A DNA stretch of 64,000 bases from Octopus sinensis (taxonomy: Eukaryota). The notes under the pieces were generated by a model. It was not told where the DNA came from. It made no database searches and saw nothing but the letters and a program-made list of their open reading frames with translations. Of the stretch, positions 26,291-39,490 are shown one piece after another. The stretch lies in the NCBI RefSeq assembly GCF_006345805.1, contig NC_043000.1, forward strand, positions 84,506,001 through 84,570,000, in the 5' to 3' direction. Position numbers and translations under genes: made by a program. Every line of letters starts with the position of its first letter. Positions within the stretch are counted from its first letter, which is position 1.

Positions 26291-27947
26291 ATGTATGTAT
26301 GTATGTATGTAATTTGTTATATTAAGTATAAAAATACTGATTTATATATCAGGAAATCTAGGAGGTAGATAACAGGTGTAAGTGAAGTGAAATGGTTTCA
26401 GTTGTGAATCGTATCTGATTTACTGGAACTTTCCTTCTACGAACTGAAATTGTACGACAGTCATGACTTCCATAGAGGTTTAAGAGAAGTGGATGAGGAG
26501 CACCAGCGAGAAACGAAAACCGGTTCATACGTTCCGCTATGTTAAGAGACGTCCTCTCTTTTTTGATTATGCTCTTTCTAATTGATATTCATAAACCCTT
26601 CTCTATAGCAGAATGTTGATTATTTGAAAGAATAGAAAACTAAATACGATTATTTTAATTCCTTGCCTTTCGGAATAGAACAAGCAAAATACCTGAAATA
26701 TAATGGCTTCAAAGCTTAGTATTCTGTTTCCTGGAAGCTTAAACTTTTTTTTCAATAGTCTTCGCCATTTTATTCTATTCAGAAATAATACCCATGGATT
26801 CTTCATATTACGAATATTTCGCCCATATCAATAATGACTTCTTCCTCGACTTCTCTTTCACTTCATTCTTCAACTTATCTTCCTCTCTTCTTTTACTTCA
26901 TTTTGTTTTCTTGTTCGTCTTTTCTTTTTCTTCTTTTTTCCTCTCTTTTGTCTTTTTTCTTTTTTATTTTAACTTCTTTCCTTCATGCTTGTTTCCTTTC
27001 TTTTAACGTCTACTTTTTACCTTCTTTCTCCCTTCCTTTCAAGGCAGCATTACCAAGCAAACGAGAAGAATAGGAGGACAGAAAGACGGTGGAAGGAGTT
27101 GCAGGAGGAGGAGGGAAAAGGAAAAGACGGTTAGAGGACGATTGAAACAACAGTTACCCATCTATAAAATAGTATGCAGCATGTATGGTTTATTTTAGCC
27201 AAGACAGTAAGTTATAATAAATGTAAACAATATTCATATACTGTACGTATGGATATATAAACATACATGTGTATGTATTTATTACGTTATAAAAATATAA
27301 AAACTTCGAGAGAACATGAAATAATCCCTTTTTAGTGGTTGAAGTCAATGTAAATACAGTTATAAATAATATCATGCACTTATTGGGTTAAAACCCCTTT
27401 GTGTAGAAAAAGTCGAAAGCTACTCGTAAAAGTCGAAGGCTAACACGTAATCATCGGTCATCTTTCTTTTCCTAACTTGAGCTTCTTTCTTTCCTTCCGG
27501 ACTGGCGCACAGATCAGACGCATTCTTGTCTGTCTCCTCTCCTTTCTTTCTCCTGTCAAAGCTTGTTCCTCCAGCGTTCGCCATCTCACCTCGTTATGGC
27601 TTAGCAGTCCTCACTGTTTGTTTTCACTGTCCTGTTTTTGTTATCACCTTTGACCCTCCGCAAATCCCAGATTTTAATTTTGGTCTGCGGGAGCAACTGT
27701 TTCCTCGAAGGCACATCTTGTCGTAATTGCTCGAAATGTAGAGTAGATAAACAGCTGACATCTGATGAAGGGTCGTTCTTTATGTTTCTTGTCTTGTTTT
27801 TCGATTTGTTCCTTTCGTTGTTCACAAAAAGTTCATATTCCATGTTTTCGTATTTCTTATTTCATGTTGTTTACGTTTTGTACCCATATATGCATATATA
27901 TATATACATATATATGTAAGTATGGACATATATGTATGTATATATGC

Positions 27948-27983
<36 letters not shown>

Positions 27984-28154
27984 TATTTATAATATTATAT
28001 ATATACATATATATACAAACACACACATATGTATATACACATATATACTGTATATGTACATATATATATATAATATTATTTATATTATTATATATATACA
28101 TATATATATACAAACACACACATATGTATATACACATATATACTGTATATGTAC

Positions 28155-28207
<53 letters not shown>

Positions 28208-28634
28208 GTGTGTGTGTGTATACATAATTAATAATGAAATCAATTGATAACCTTATCAGTTGCCAGCATGTAAAAAACCATATAGGTAAAGATTATTATA
28301 AATATATAATTATATAGGTATAATTACAATCAAGGGTATTGAGAAACAGCACCAACACGCTAGAAATAGATATCAAAAGATTCTAAACGTCCACTTCAAA
28401 TTACACACTATTAGCGCAATGCTGAAAGCAGGTAAATGAATAAAATGGATTTTGTAAAATTTTGACGTTAATTCTACATCGTCCGATTTCTAATTTAGTA
28501 ATACAAATTACTCTACCGTCATCAGTAGAATATACCATAAATATATATACACACCCATACAACTACATTTGTATGTATAGATATATATATACATATATAT
28601 ATACATATCGCCGGATACCTATTGTTCAGACCTC

Positions 28635-28706
<72 letters not shown>

Positions 28707-28765
28707 GTCTTTTGTCTATTTTCATAAAGCTTCCCGTTATATACAAGCTTGTATACATATAGAGT

Positions 28766-29015
28766 GCAGGAAGCGTGTGGTTCAGTGGTTGAGGTGTTGT
28801 ACTCATCGTAAGTTTTGAATGTTTATTCTTCGACCGGACGATGCGTTGTATTCTTGAGCAAAGCACTTCAATTCGAATTGCTCCAGTTGACTCAACACGC
28901 AAAACTGAGTAATCCTGCAATGGACTGGCGTCCCATCGTGGCGCTATTACGTGAACCACAGAATCTGGGAAACCAGTTGTGGTTCGGAAAGGACCTTTGA
29001 TCCTTGTCGATCCCA
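28766..29015 (+). mobile_element. tRNA-derived SINE related to families C/D
   Basis: gcgtgtggttcagtggtt head; ttcttgagcaaagcactt; ctgcaatggactggcgtcccatc. Confidence 0.75.
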
Positions 29016-29420
29016 AAAGTCACCTAAGGATTTAGAAACTATGATATTTTAATATCCTTATGTAACTTTTGTGATACTCTTTAAAAACTTTGAGGTTCCT
29101 ATAAAAACAATATGTACTCCACACTAACATAAAACGTTATGAACTGGTCTGTAATACATATCTGTAGTGTACAAGTACGTGACATTGAGAAGCCGCGACA
29201 ACGATGAAATATGTGTCTGTTGTTCTCGAGGCGACTTTTGAGACAATATTGTTTTGCCTAAATCTAAAGTATGTTGTGTCTTTTAACACAAAAAAGGATT
29301 TTTCCGGACGAAAATCGCATTTCCTGGCATTTCAACAACACACACACACATTAAGTATGTTATATTGAAAAGTGTATGTGTTTATGTATATGCATACATA
29401 AACTTTTTCATTTGTGTGTG

Positions 29421-29451
<31 letters not shown>

Positions 29452-29862
29452 TGGCTGTGTGGTAAGGAGCTTGCTTATGAACCACATGGTTCCGGGTTCA
29501 GTCCCACTGCGTGGCACCTTAGGCAAGTGTCTTCTACTATAGCCTCGGGCCGACCAAAGCTTTGTGAGTGGATTTGGTAAACGGAAACTGAAAGAAGCCC
29601 GTTGTATATATGTATATATATATGTTTATGTGTGTGTGTGTGTGTGTGTATATGTTTGTGTGTCTGTGTTTGTCCCCGCCAACATCGCTTGACAACCGAT
29701 GCTGGTGTGTTTACGTCCCCGTAACTTAGCGGTTCGGCAAAAGAATTCGATAAAATAAGTACTAGGCTTACAAAGAATAAGTCCTGGGGTCGATTTGCTC
29801 GACTAAAGGCGGTGATCCAGCATAGCCACAGTCAAATGACTGAAACAAATAAAAGAGTAAAA
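29452..29862 (+). mobile_element. SINE family B, full length
   Basis: Near-complete match to 5727-6140. Confidence 0.9.
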
Positions 29863-29864
29863 GA

Positions 29865-29946
<82 letters not shown>

Positions 29947-30479
29947 TACATACATACATACATACATACATACATACACACACATATCGCTTCTATGCAC
30001 ACCATTACTGCAGTATTTTAAGGAAGTCCTCACATTGTTCAGTGCAGACTTTCTCATTTTATAGCTAAGCTCACAACCGGCTGTAATCTCTAAAAACTTT
30101 TTTCAGTTGTTAATGTCGTAGAAAGTCGATGAACTGATGCTATATTCTTCTATATTGTTTCATTAGCGCATTTCATCTTTTGCTTCGTTCTCTCGTTCCA
30201 TTTCTTAATATTTTGTTTATGACTAAGTTTTCATATTGTTCTCCTTTATTTCTTCTTCATTGGTAACTTTAGGCATTGTGATAGAGAATATGACAAAGAA
30301 TAAAAAAAAAAAAAAAGATTCGCTGAATACTGCACCAGGCATTTCACATGTCTTAACGGTGTTCGCTTTACAAATGGTTGCAACAAACGTACATTAATGT
30401 CTTGCTTGTAGTTCTTACTGTACAAACAGCTTTGAAAACTGCTGTTAGCTAAAGATTTTTCTTCTTTTCCTTTATCCTG

Positions 30480-31151
30480 GGTGCTGTTATTTCGGAAGGG
30501 CCCTGTAGATTTATTGATTGTGATGATGGTAATGGTGGTGATGATGATGGTGATGATGATGATGTACGACGACGACGACGATGATGATGAAGATGAAGAT
30601 GCTGGTAGTGATGGTGTTGTTATTGTTGCTGTTGTTGGTGGTGGTAGTGGTGGTGGTAACGATGACAATAAAGAAGAAAACTAAGAGGAGAGAAGCATGT
30701 GATATTGGCGAGGTTACTTGTACCAGGTCAGTCTTGATACGCCAAATATTTGATTAGAAGAATTCCCACTGTGACTCAAATCAAACCTTCATTTGGTCGT
30801 GGGTTCAATTCCTGGAGCGGGTAGCGTGTTGCATCCTTCATCAAGTCGCTTCATTTCGCATTACTCCACTCCACTCAGCTGAAAGTGAATACCACTGACA
30901 TTTGACTGGTATCCCATTCAGAGACGAATCAATGAAGTAAACAAACTCCAAACCAGGTGATGTTGTGGTTTACAAAACCTTTAAGTTCAACAACTAAACA
31001 AACCTATCAAATGTAATCCAGTTGTGACTATTTCGTCAAGACGATCAGATGCAATTTGAGGGAAATTTGGCTATTATTTCTTCCAATAGGAGTGGTTTGT
31101 TTATAATCGTTATATTTATAATGAGAAAAGGAAAACATATAAGTTATGTGT

Positions 31152-31211
<60 letters not shown>

Positions 31212-31231
31212 TGGTAGTGGTGGTGGTGGTG

Positions 31232-31287
<56 letters not shown>

Positions 31288-32420
31288 TTTTGCTGTTGTA
31301 TATCCCAGGTCAATACAAGCCGTGACAAACCGTCTTTCGTATAGACAAGACATCATCTAATGTGAACTTTTAAAAGATGCCTGTGGGCAATTTAAGAGAG
31401 ATTTTGCTGTTATATTTACAGGTCAAACAACATAACAGAGCCCTCCTCATTAGATCCTGTTGCTGTTGTTGTTGCTGCATTTATTGATCGTGTGTAATTG
31501 TTGTCGGTGTCAGTTGCTCTGAAGAGAGGCTGTGGTGTTGCGTTGTCGGGTACGTTAGTGTGCAGTACATGAGGGGAAGATAGTGGTGGTCGTGGTGATG
31601 ATGGATATCACTGAAGATACCTGTCAATCTCAACCACGGTCACATGATTGAAAGAGATGACAAAGAGGAAAAGAAAGAAATGAGAAATGAATGATGAAAA
31701 TGACTATAAAGTGGAAGACTAATATTATTAATAGCCGGATTATAATAAGGACGGTGGTGGTGGTGGCGGCGGTGATGGTGATGGGGGTGGCGGTGTGGAT
31801 GGTGATGGGGGTGGCGGCGTGGATGGAGTTGGGGTGGCGGCGGCGGTGGTGGTAGTGGTGGTGTGTTGCTGAATTTGACGATGATATGAGGAGGAGGGGG
31901 AAGGGAAGGAAGAGGAGTAGGAAGCGGGAAGTAGTAAGAGAATAGGGGGAAGAGAGGAGGAGTGGGAGGGGAGAGGTGAGGAGGGGAGAAGAAGGAGGAG
32001 GACTGAGAGGAGGGAGATGAGGGGGAGGGATAGGAGGGAGAGGAGGTGAGAGTAGTGGTGAGAGGAGGAGGGAAAGGAGGTGAAAGGATTAGGAGGATAG
32101 CAAGAAGACGGGAGGGAAAGCAGAAAGGAAGAGGGGGTGCTATAGTAGACAAAAGAGTAATCAAGAGAGGGAAGAAGAAGAAGAAGAAGAAGAAGAAGAA
32201 GAAGAAGAAGAAGAAGAAGAAGAAGAAGGAGGAGGAACGCGAGGAGGAAAAAGAAAAGAAAAGTAGTAGAAAGGGAGGTGAAGAAAAAGGAAAACAAGAA
32301 CAAGAAGGGATGAGAAGAAAAAAGACAACGATGACGACAATGACGAGGTGAAGAAGGAGGACGAAGAGAAGATCAACAACAACATATCAGCAACAGCAAT
32401 AACAACAACAATAAGTAAAA
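30480..32420. repeat. Low-complexity trinucleotide and purine-rich region: (GAT)n, (TAG)n, (GGT)n, (GGA)n, (GAA)n
   Basis: Read directly from the sequence; it generates spurious poly-P/S/L/K ORFs. Confidence 0.9.
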
Positions 32421-32796
32421 AGAAACAAAAACAAAAATGACAACAAAAATGAAGCGAAACCAAAAATTGGGTTGAAATAGAGAGAATTGAAAAGAGAAAA
32501 AGGAGAATAAAGAACAACAATTTTGAATTCAAGAGAAAAGTATTTGGATATAGCAAATGGTCGACGCCAGACAGTTGCCTTTGAAATATCCTTGGCATGA
32601 CTCAGTCATCGGATGTTGCCGTTCTTTGAAATGAAAATATTCTGTAAGTCTTTCGTCTGACATTTACGTGATAGGCAGTCTTGCAAAATTAGACACCATT
32701 TTAAATATTTCATATTTTGTGGAGTGAACAGAATAAAATTGTATTGGAAGATCAATGTATTTTTGATAATTATTAAGTTAAACTCAAGGTGGTGAG

Positions 32797-33420
32797 TTAG
32801 CAGAATCTTCGAGCATCGGAAAAATGCTTTGCAATATATGTTCCGATTCGTCTGACTTTACGTTCTGGGTTCAAATACCGCCGGGGTCCACTTTGCCTGT
32901 CATCGCTTCGTGATCGATAAAATAAGTACCAGTTGAACACTGGAGTCGATGTAATCGACCTAGCCCCATCTCCAAAGTTACTGGTCTTGTACAAAATTTG
33001 AAACCAATATTTATCCCGATTCAGCCGTCTTTACGTTCTGGATTCAAATGCCACTGGAGTCGACGTTGCCTTTCATCATTTTGGAGTCGTTAAAATAAGT
33101 TCCAGTTGAACCGCCCTGTACCAAAATTTTTTAATCAGTATTTGTGCCATTCTTTATACAAACACTGCTTTAGTAAACTTTGCTCTTCATCCCTCCGGAG
33201 TCGATGAGATAAAGTAGGAGTCTGATATAGAGGTCCATTTAATTAACTAACAGCTCTTCTCAAAATCGCTAGCCTTCTGTCTAAGCATTTTTTCTTTCTA
33301 CTATAGGTAGAAGGCCTGAAATTTTGTTGGAAAGGACTATTCGATTACATCGACCCCTGTGCTTCGCTGGTATTCATTTTATCAACCTCAAAGGATAAAA
33401 GGTGGAATTCGAACTGCTTC
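32797..33420. mobile_element. Cluster of decayed SINE family A copies in both orientations
   Basis: Family body at about 32797-33010 (+), 33020-33260 (+) and 33310-33420 (-). Confidence 0.7.
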
Positions 33421-34385
33421 GCGTTCTAAATTAAGTACCAAAATTAGATAAACACAAAAGAAGAAAGAGAAGGGGGAAAAGGGAAGTGAGAAAGAAGAGG
33501 CGGTACTATTGTAGACAAAAGAGTAACCAAGAGGCGGAAGTAGGGACAGAAAATGAGGGGGAAGAAGAAGAAGAAGAAGAACTGAGAGAATGTGCAAATT
33601 TGAATCTGTGTCTGTGTGAAATTTATTTATGTACAACGGATCTGTGTGTGTGTGTATGTGTGTGTGCGCGCGTGTGTGTTTGTGTGTGCCTACATGTATA
33701 TATATAGTTGAAATTCATAGAAAAGCAAAAGAGGGAGACAGGTGTACGAACAACAAGCAGGGGTATTAGTTTGACGCTCGAGAAAGGGAAAATTCTTTTA
33801 CGTTTGGAGCCTACGCTTTTCAACAGACAGGAATAAGAGAATATAAACAGAGAGAGAAAAAAGAAACACTTGTGGATTTAGCGCTCAAGCATGACGACTG
33901 GTTAGAAAAAAGGTCTGACAGGAGAGGTTGAAAGAAGGGGATATAATAAAGTATTGGTGGTCCCAAAACGAAAGTGCGCGCGTGTGTGTGTATGTGAGAA
34001 TGTGTGTGTGGATAGGGGCTATTTGTTTTGACGTGTGTGGATGATGGTTTGTGGGTGTGCGGATGATGGTGTGTGATATGGGTGCTGGGAAGTGTCAGTG
34101 CTAGTGTGTACGGAGTGGTGTGAGGTGGTGTGATGTGGTGTGGTGGTGTGGGGTAGGGTAGAGTGTGGGAGTGGGGTAGGAGTGGTATCAGGGAAGATAG
34201 GTGGGTAAGAGTGAAGAGAGAGCAGTCAGATGAAGAGAGGAGGGTAATTGAGTCCATTCGGCGCAAAGGAGTGAAGAGATAAGATTAAAACTTGTTCACG
34301 GCGAAGACGGGAGTCCGGATGGCCCCTGTGCAAGGACAATCCGAACACAGACAGGTGTTGTAGTTTGTATATATACATATATATA

Positions 34386-34454
<69 letters not shown>

Positions 34455-35319
34455 AACTTGGCAAAGACTAAGCAATTGGAGATTATGTCAACCGCTTCAT
34501 CATTCTTATTACATAGCCTATACTTGATGTTAGCACCTTCTTAAACAATTTTTGTAGTTGCTAGTAGTTAGGCATTGGTCTCTGATCAAATGTTTTTCTG
34601 TTTTTAGCTCAGACCTTTTGGTTCAATACTATTGTTAACTCTTTGGCTGTCATTTACTTTCTCACTATCAATCTTTATGAAATATTGACTATGGAGTGAA
34701 TTTTTCCTTTATTTTCTCTTCACTATGATTTGGAAATAAATCTATTTTCATTGTGTTTTGTTTAACTCTTTTAAATGTTTTGTCATAGGCTAAATTTGTT
34801 ATGTTAGTATAGTTGGTTTGCTGTTTGTATTTGTATTTTGTTGCTTCTTCATGTACACACGCGCACGCACACACACATAGAAAGAATGAGAAAAAGAAAA
34901 GGATTTCTTTGTGCTTGTTTCATTACTATATTAAGCAGTTTCCCTTTGCTACATTCTAAATATTTTTCAAGCCCTGCTGTTCTTATTTTGTTGTAGTTAT
35001 ATTTTTCTTTTATTAGGTAACGTCATTCATGTGTGAGGTGGAGTAAATATATTTTATCTATATCACCTTTGGAATTATAAGTTCGGTTAACAGGCAAATC
35101 GTTAGAGAGTCAGACGAAATTAATTGCATTATATCTTCTGCTTCTTTATGTTCTGGTTTCAAATCATACCAAAGTTAACTCGGCCTTTTATCGGTCCGGC
35201 CTCAATATAGTAACAGTCAACTACTGAGGCCGATGTAATATACTAACAGCCTCTCCTAAAAATGGCTGGTCTTGACCAAAATTTGAAACGGCTATTATTA
35301 TTCCTCTTATCATTATTAA

Positions 35320-35550
35320 AGCAGCGAGCGGACAGAATCGTTGCCAGACAAAATGGTTAAGGGCCTTTCCTCTAGTTGTTCGTTAAATTATGCCGAGGTC
35401 GACTTTGTTTTTCATCCACTCGATATCGATGAAGTAACAGTTGAGTACTGGAGTCGATGGTATTCACACCGATCGAGAACTGATGGTCAGTGTAATCGAC
35501 TAATCGTTGCCCACAAAATTTCAGTCCTTGAGCTTATATTAGAAAGGATA
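35320..35550 (+). mobile_element. SINE family A, decayed
   Basis: gcagcgagcggacagaatcgtt...gccgaggtcgactttg...agaaaggataatt. Confidence 0.7.
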
Positions 35551-35552
35551 AT

Positions 35553-36522
35553 TATTTCCTCCGCCTTCGCTAAGGTGGAGGCATTGTTTTCAGTCGTGTT
35601 TGTTTGTTTTTTGTCCGTGGTCAAGATATTTCAAGAACCGCTAGATGGATTCAGATGAAAATTTCAGCGATGTTTGGCCTCGTGACTGGCACGAATTGAT
35701 TAGATTTTGGGATCGATCCAGTACTGGACAAGGATTCTGGATTATTTGTTATATTTACTTTTCATGAAGTATTTACGATCTTACGTTCACATTCAAGTCT
35801 TTCTCTGATTATTTCCCTTGAAAGCATGCTCATGCTTTCCACGTAAGTTATGGCGGCATTGCTGTTTCCAAAGTTTATTCACGTCTCTATCTTATGGATA
35901 GAGAAATCAAACTACATAAACAAACGACAGCAAGCCGTTTAGAAATTAAATAACAATAACTTATTCAGTAATAACAATAAATTTAATTTATTCTCGTCAA
36001 TTTTTAGTTTTACCAATTTTGAATATATCACTCCTCTTTAAAACCACTTACCTACTTGAAAATTGCATTTCTAGCTCTGGGTCGAAGGAAGCTATACTTC
36101 TTGGACTCACATTTTTGTGCGCAACGATGTTGTTAAACTTCCATTAACAACACCGTATGCAGGTCTTCTCCGTTTTCTTTCACGTACGAATAAAGTTTTC
36201 ACTATAGACTTTAATGGTCGTAAAGACACTATATCAGTGGATAGACTAAAAAAAAGGCCTTCATAGAGAAACTTCCCTGTTCCACTGCAGACGACACACC
36301 CACCTTCACATTCCATGACTACCATTGGGATCGATCACGTACCGGACAAGGATTCTGGATTATTTTTCCGTTTCTTTTACTCGATTTCTTTGAGTTGTCG
36401 GGTTCATTTTTAGTATTCTCGTTCGTGAAAACAGTCGAGTTTATTTCAGTTATTCTCATTTTAAAACTCATCTCCGGCTAATCATTGAGAGGACGTTAGT
36501 GTTGCCTTGGCGGAGGTTTGTG
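35553..36522 (+). mobile_element. Short DNA element (Helentron/HINE-like) in two pieces, 35553-35750 and 36325-36522; its 3' tip is displaced to 38283-38317
   Basis: 5' hairpin cctccgcc-ttcgctaa-ggtggagg; 3' complementary ccttggcggagg followed by a gctct..g.gt.ctcttgtt-type tip. The class assignment is inference. Confidence 0.55.
36060..36300 (+). pseudogene. Ty3/Gypsy integrase C-terminal (GPY/F) fragment
   Basis: THIFVRNDVVKLPLTTPYAGLLRFLSRTNKVFTIDFNGRKDTISVDRLKK from 36105. Confidence 0.8.
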
Positions 36523-38282
36523 TCACAGGCGGCTTAAGTTGTTTTTTTGTCGTGTTAGACGCAAGACATAGTGTTAAATATTTGTTTGATTGATTGTTAC
36601 TGTTCAAATTGTTGCTAGTCTTATTTTGAATTGTTTTTTCCCATTGTGGAAAAATAGAGAAAACTCCAGCAGGTAGCGACAGTTATGTGGCGGCAACTGG
36701 AAAAGGGATAGACGCGGAGACGCTGGAGGTACGAGAAATAAATGTTGAACCTCGAAAAATGAAGAAATGCGAGACGTTGTTGGAAATAGACGGAAATACA
36801 CTGAAATTAACCCCGCCTGTGGAACTAACAGTCAACGTAATGGAAAAAACGGTGGTATATAAGACAATGAAAAAAGCAACAAGGAAAATAGAAATTGCAA
36901 CAATAGAGGCTATTGAAGAATGTTTAAAGAATATAAAAAGACTAACCACATTTATAACAAGAGGGAGAAAGTACGCTACTGTGGAGGTGCGTTTTGCATC
37001 AGAAGGGGAAGCAATTAAGCACTCAACAGTGGCAATAAGATCCGAAGAATGGGCAATTTCGCCATTGTACTGTGGTAAATGTGTGGCCACGGTGCGAGTT
37101 GGCAAAGTGCCCCAGAGCTGAAAGAAGCATGGCTGATGACATGAATGAGGAGGCCAAGATACTGAAGACCACAAGAACCCAAAGGGTTAACTACTGGGGA
37201 TATGGAACAGAGTTAACCGTTCAAGCAACAGTAGAAGACCTAAACAGAATTGTTGACGAGATAGTGCTGCCCGATGAAGTAATATTGAGAGTGGGGGGGC
37301 CGCCTATATGTTATACATGTGGGGAAAAGGATCACACGAAAGCGAGGTGCCCTCAGAGGGAACAACAGATAGAGCAGACGGAGAGGCAGGACAGCATGGA
37401 CCACGTGGTAGAGGTCGAGATAAAGGAGAAAGCAACGGAGGAGGGATTCACGGTGTTTAAAAAAGAAAGAGAAGTGGGAGAATGAGCTCTCCGCCAGATC
37501 AGCAGAAAAAGAAGAAAGAAGAGATGGAAATGGAGGAGACCAGAAGGAAGGAAGACGAGATGGTGGTGGATAAAATAAGCGAAAAGGAACCTGAAGAAGT
37601 GTTCAAGGAGGTGTTGCATAAGGAGGAGACATTGGTGAGGACACCAGTTGTTCCAGTGGAGGAGGAAAGTTTGGAAATGCAACTGGAGAGTCTGCTCAGG
37701 GAGGTGGAAGAAAGGAAGAAGGTAACAGGAGCAGGGCAGGAAAGGAGAAAACAAATGAGAAAAGCAAAGAAACTGAAAAGAAAGTATTAAAGTTTAAACA
37801 TATAAGAGTTAAGTTGCCCACGGATGTGTATTCCGAGAATGTGAAGGCCATCGTGGTTGATAAAGACACCTACAACAGACTAAAAGACATGTGTGGAGAA
37901 GGGATTAACCCGCCAGGTGTGATGGTGGGGTTCGATGAATTGCCACCAATAATGGAGCTAAAAGATTTAGAACCTTTCATGAGATATTAAAAAGGGGAAA
38001 AATAAGTAAAATTGCTTTATTGAAGAAAGAAGGGAAAAAAGTAAAATTGTTTCATATTTAAAAAACAGGAAAAAAATTAGAAAAACAATAAGATAATAGA
38101 AAGATTGTAAATAGTTTATATAAACGTTCAAATCATACGGCATGGGAGTAGGGCCCATACAGCCATTTCATTTTTCAGTTTTATATAACATCTCATTGGT
38201 TTTATGTTTTTTTGTCTTCACTATGGTGTATTTGTAGTGTGTCGCCTCTGTGTTGTGGCCGTAGTGCCAAAATAAATAAACA
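36523..38282 (+). mobile_element. ORF1-only L1/Tx1-like non-LTR element (HAL1-like), copy 1, with a 16-bp TSD
   Basis: TSD TTGGCGGAGGTTTGTG (36507-36522) and TTGGCGGAGGTCTGTG (38283-38298). A-rich end caaaataaataaaca. No RT or endonuclease sequence visible inside. Confidence 0.8.
36687..37990 (+). pseudogene. Frameshifted ORF1 (Gag-like): RRM-like region, CCHC zinc knuckle, acidic/basic tail
   Basis: VEVRFASEGEAIKHS (RRM-like); CYTCGEKDHTKARC fits CX2CX4HX4C; broken into ORFs at 36687, 37072, 37482 and a final -1 frame ending LEPFMRY*. Confidence 0.8.
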
Positions 38283-38329
38283 TTGGCGGAGGTCTGTGCT
38301 CTTTGGGTTCTCTTGTTATCATTATTATT

Positions 38330-38545
38330 AAGGCGGCGAGCTGGCAGAATCGTTAGCACGCCGAGCAAAAATACTTAACAGCATTTTGTCAGTGTTTATA
38401 TTCTGAGTTCAAATTCTGCCAAGCTCGACTTTGCCTTTCATCCTTTCAGGGTCGATTAAAAAAGTATCAGTTAGGCACCGGGGTCGATGTATTCGACTTA
38501 ATCCCCTTCACCTCTAGCTGCCCTTGTGACAAAACTTTAAAATGG
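38330..38545 (+). mobile_element. SINE family A, full length
   Basis: aaggcggcgagctggcagaatcgttagcacgcc...gagttcaaattctgcc. Confidence 0.9.
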
Positions 38546-39210
38546 TTATTATTATTATTGTTTAGCTCAATAATTATTATTTTGTATCGGTATTGTTTTC
38601 AATTGATAATCTTAAGAAAACGCATACTGAAAAGGAGAACAGGTTTCTTAAGATCTCTAGCTAAGAGTCCGCGTGTAATGCTTGAATCATACGTGACAAA
38701 TTTATCTTCACCACAAACAGAGTTCACTATGATTAATCTTTTGATCTTTTTTCAGCTTTTATAGAGTCGCACATGTTCTGTTGCTAAAACACCAACGTAT
38801 TCTTTCTATAAAATGGTTTTCAGGTACAAGTGAAATGTGAACGTAAAACAAAAAGAAAACAGAAAAATGAACAGAGCTTATTATTACAGGTTAATGCCGT
38901 GTTTTCAGCAAAGATTGAATCAATCTGTTTCAAAATAATATACTTGAAATGTATTCAATGTTTTGAGATATTCTTGCCGTTTAAAGAATGCCTGGTTATA
39001 TGAGGTTTGACTAAAAAAAATTTCTTCAATACAAACGGCAATGTTTAAATCTGTGAAAGAAGTTTCCAGGAATGCTTTCATCTGTGATACAAAAAGAAAT
39101 TGTTAATGGGAAAAACATAATTTTCAGATGCCAGATATTTTCACAGTCACTGATTAAGAGTTATATGGAACTTGGAAACATAACCATAGGTTACGTATAA
39201 TTAATATCGT

Positions 39211-39490
39211 GGAGGCACATGGCCTAGAGGAATCGCGGGTTCGAATCTCAGACCGGACGATGTGTGTGTGTTTATGAGCGAAACACCTAAGCTCCTTGCG
39301 GCTCCGGTAGAACTAATGGCGAAACTTCTGCTGACTCTTTCGCCACAACTTTCTCTCATTCTTTCTTCCTGCATCTTGCAGCTCACCTGCGTCGGACCGG
39401 TGTCCCGTCCAGCTGGGGAACCTATACGTTAAGGAAACCGGGAAACCGGCCCTGATGAACCAGGCATGACTCGAGAAGGAACACAATAAT
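39211..39490 (+). mobile_element. SINE family C
   Basis: Matches 6772-7070; ggttcgaatctc B box. Confidence 0.8.

Noticed and set aside
28470-28527. Additional hammerhead relics (also about 55945-56025, minus strand)
   Set aside because: CUGAUGA is present, but the GAAAC/NUH or stem pairing is broken. Too decayed to call.
31640-32351. Proline/histidine-rich or lysine-rich protein gene; G-quadruplex element
   Set aside because: Low-complexity purine tract open in several frames by composition; no evidence of function.
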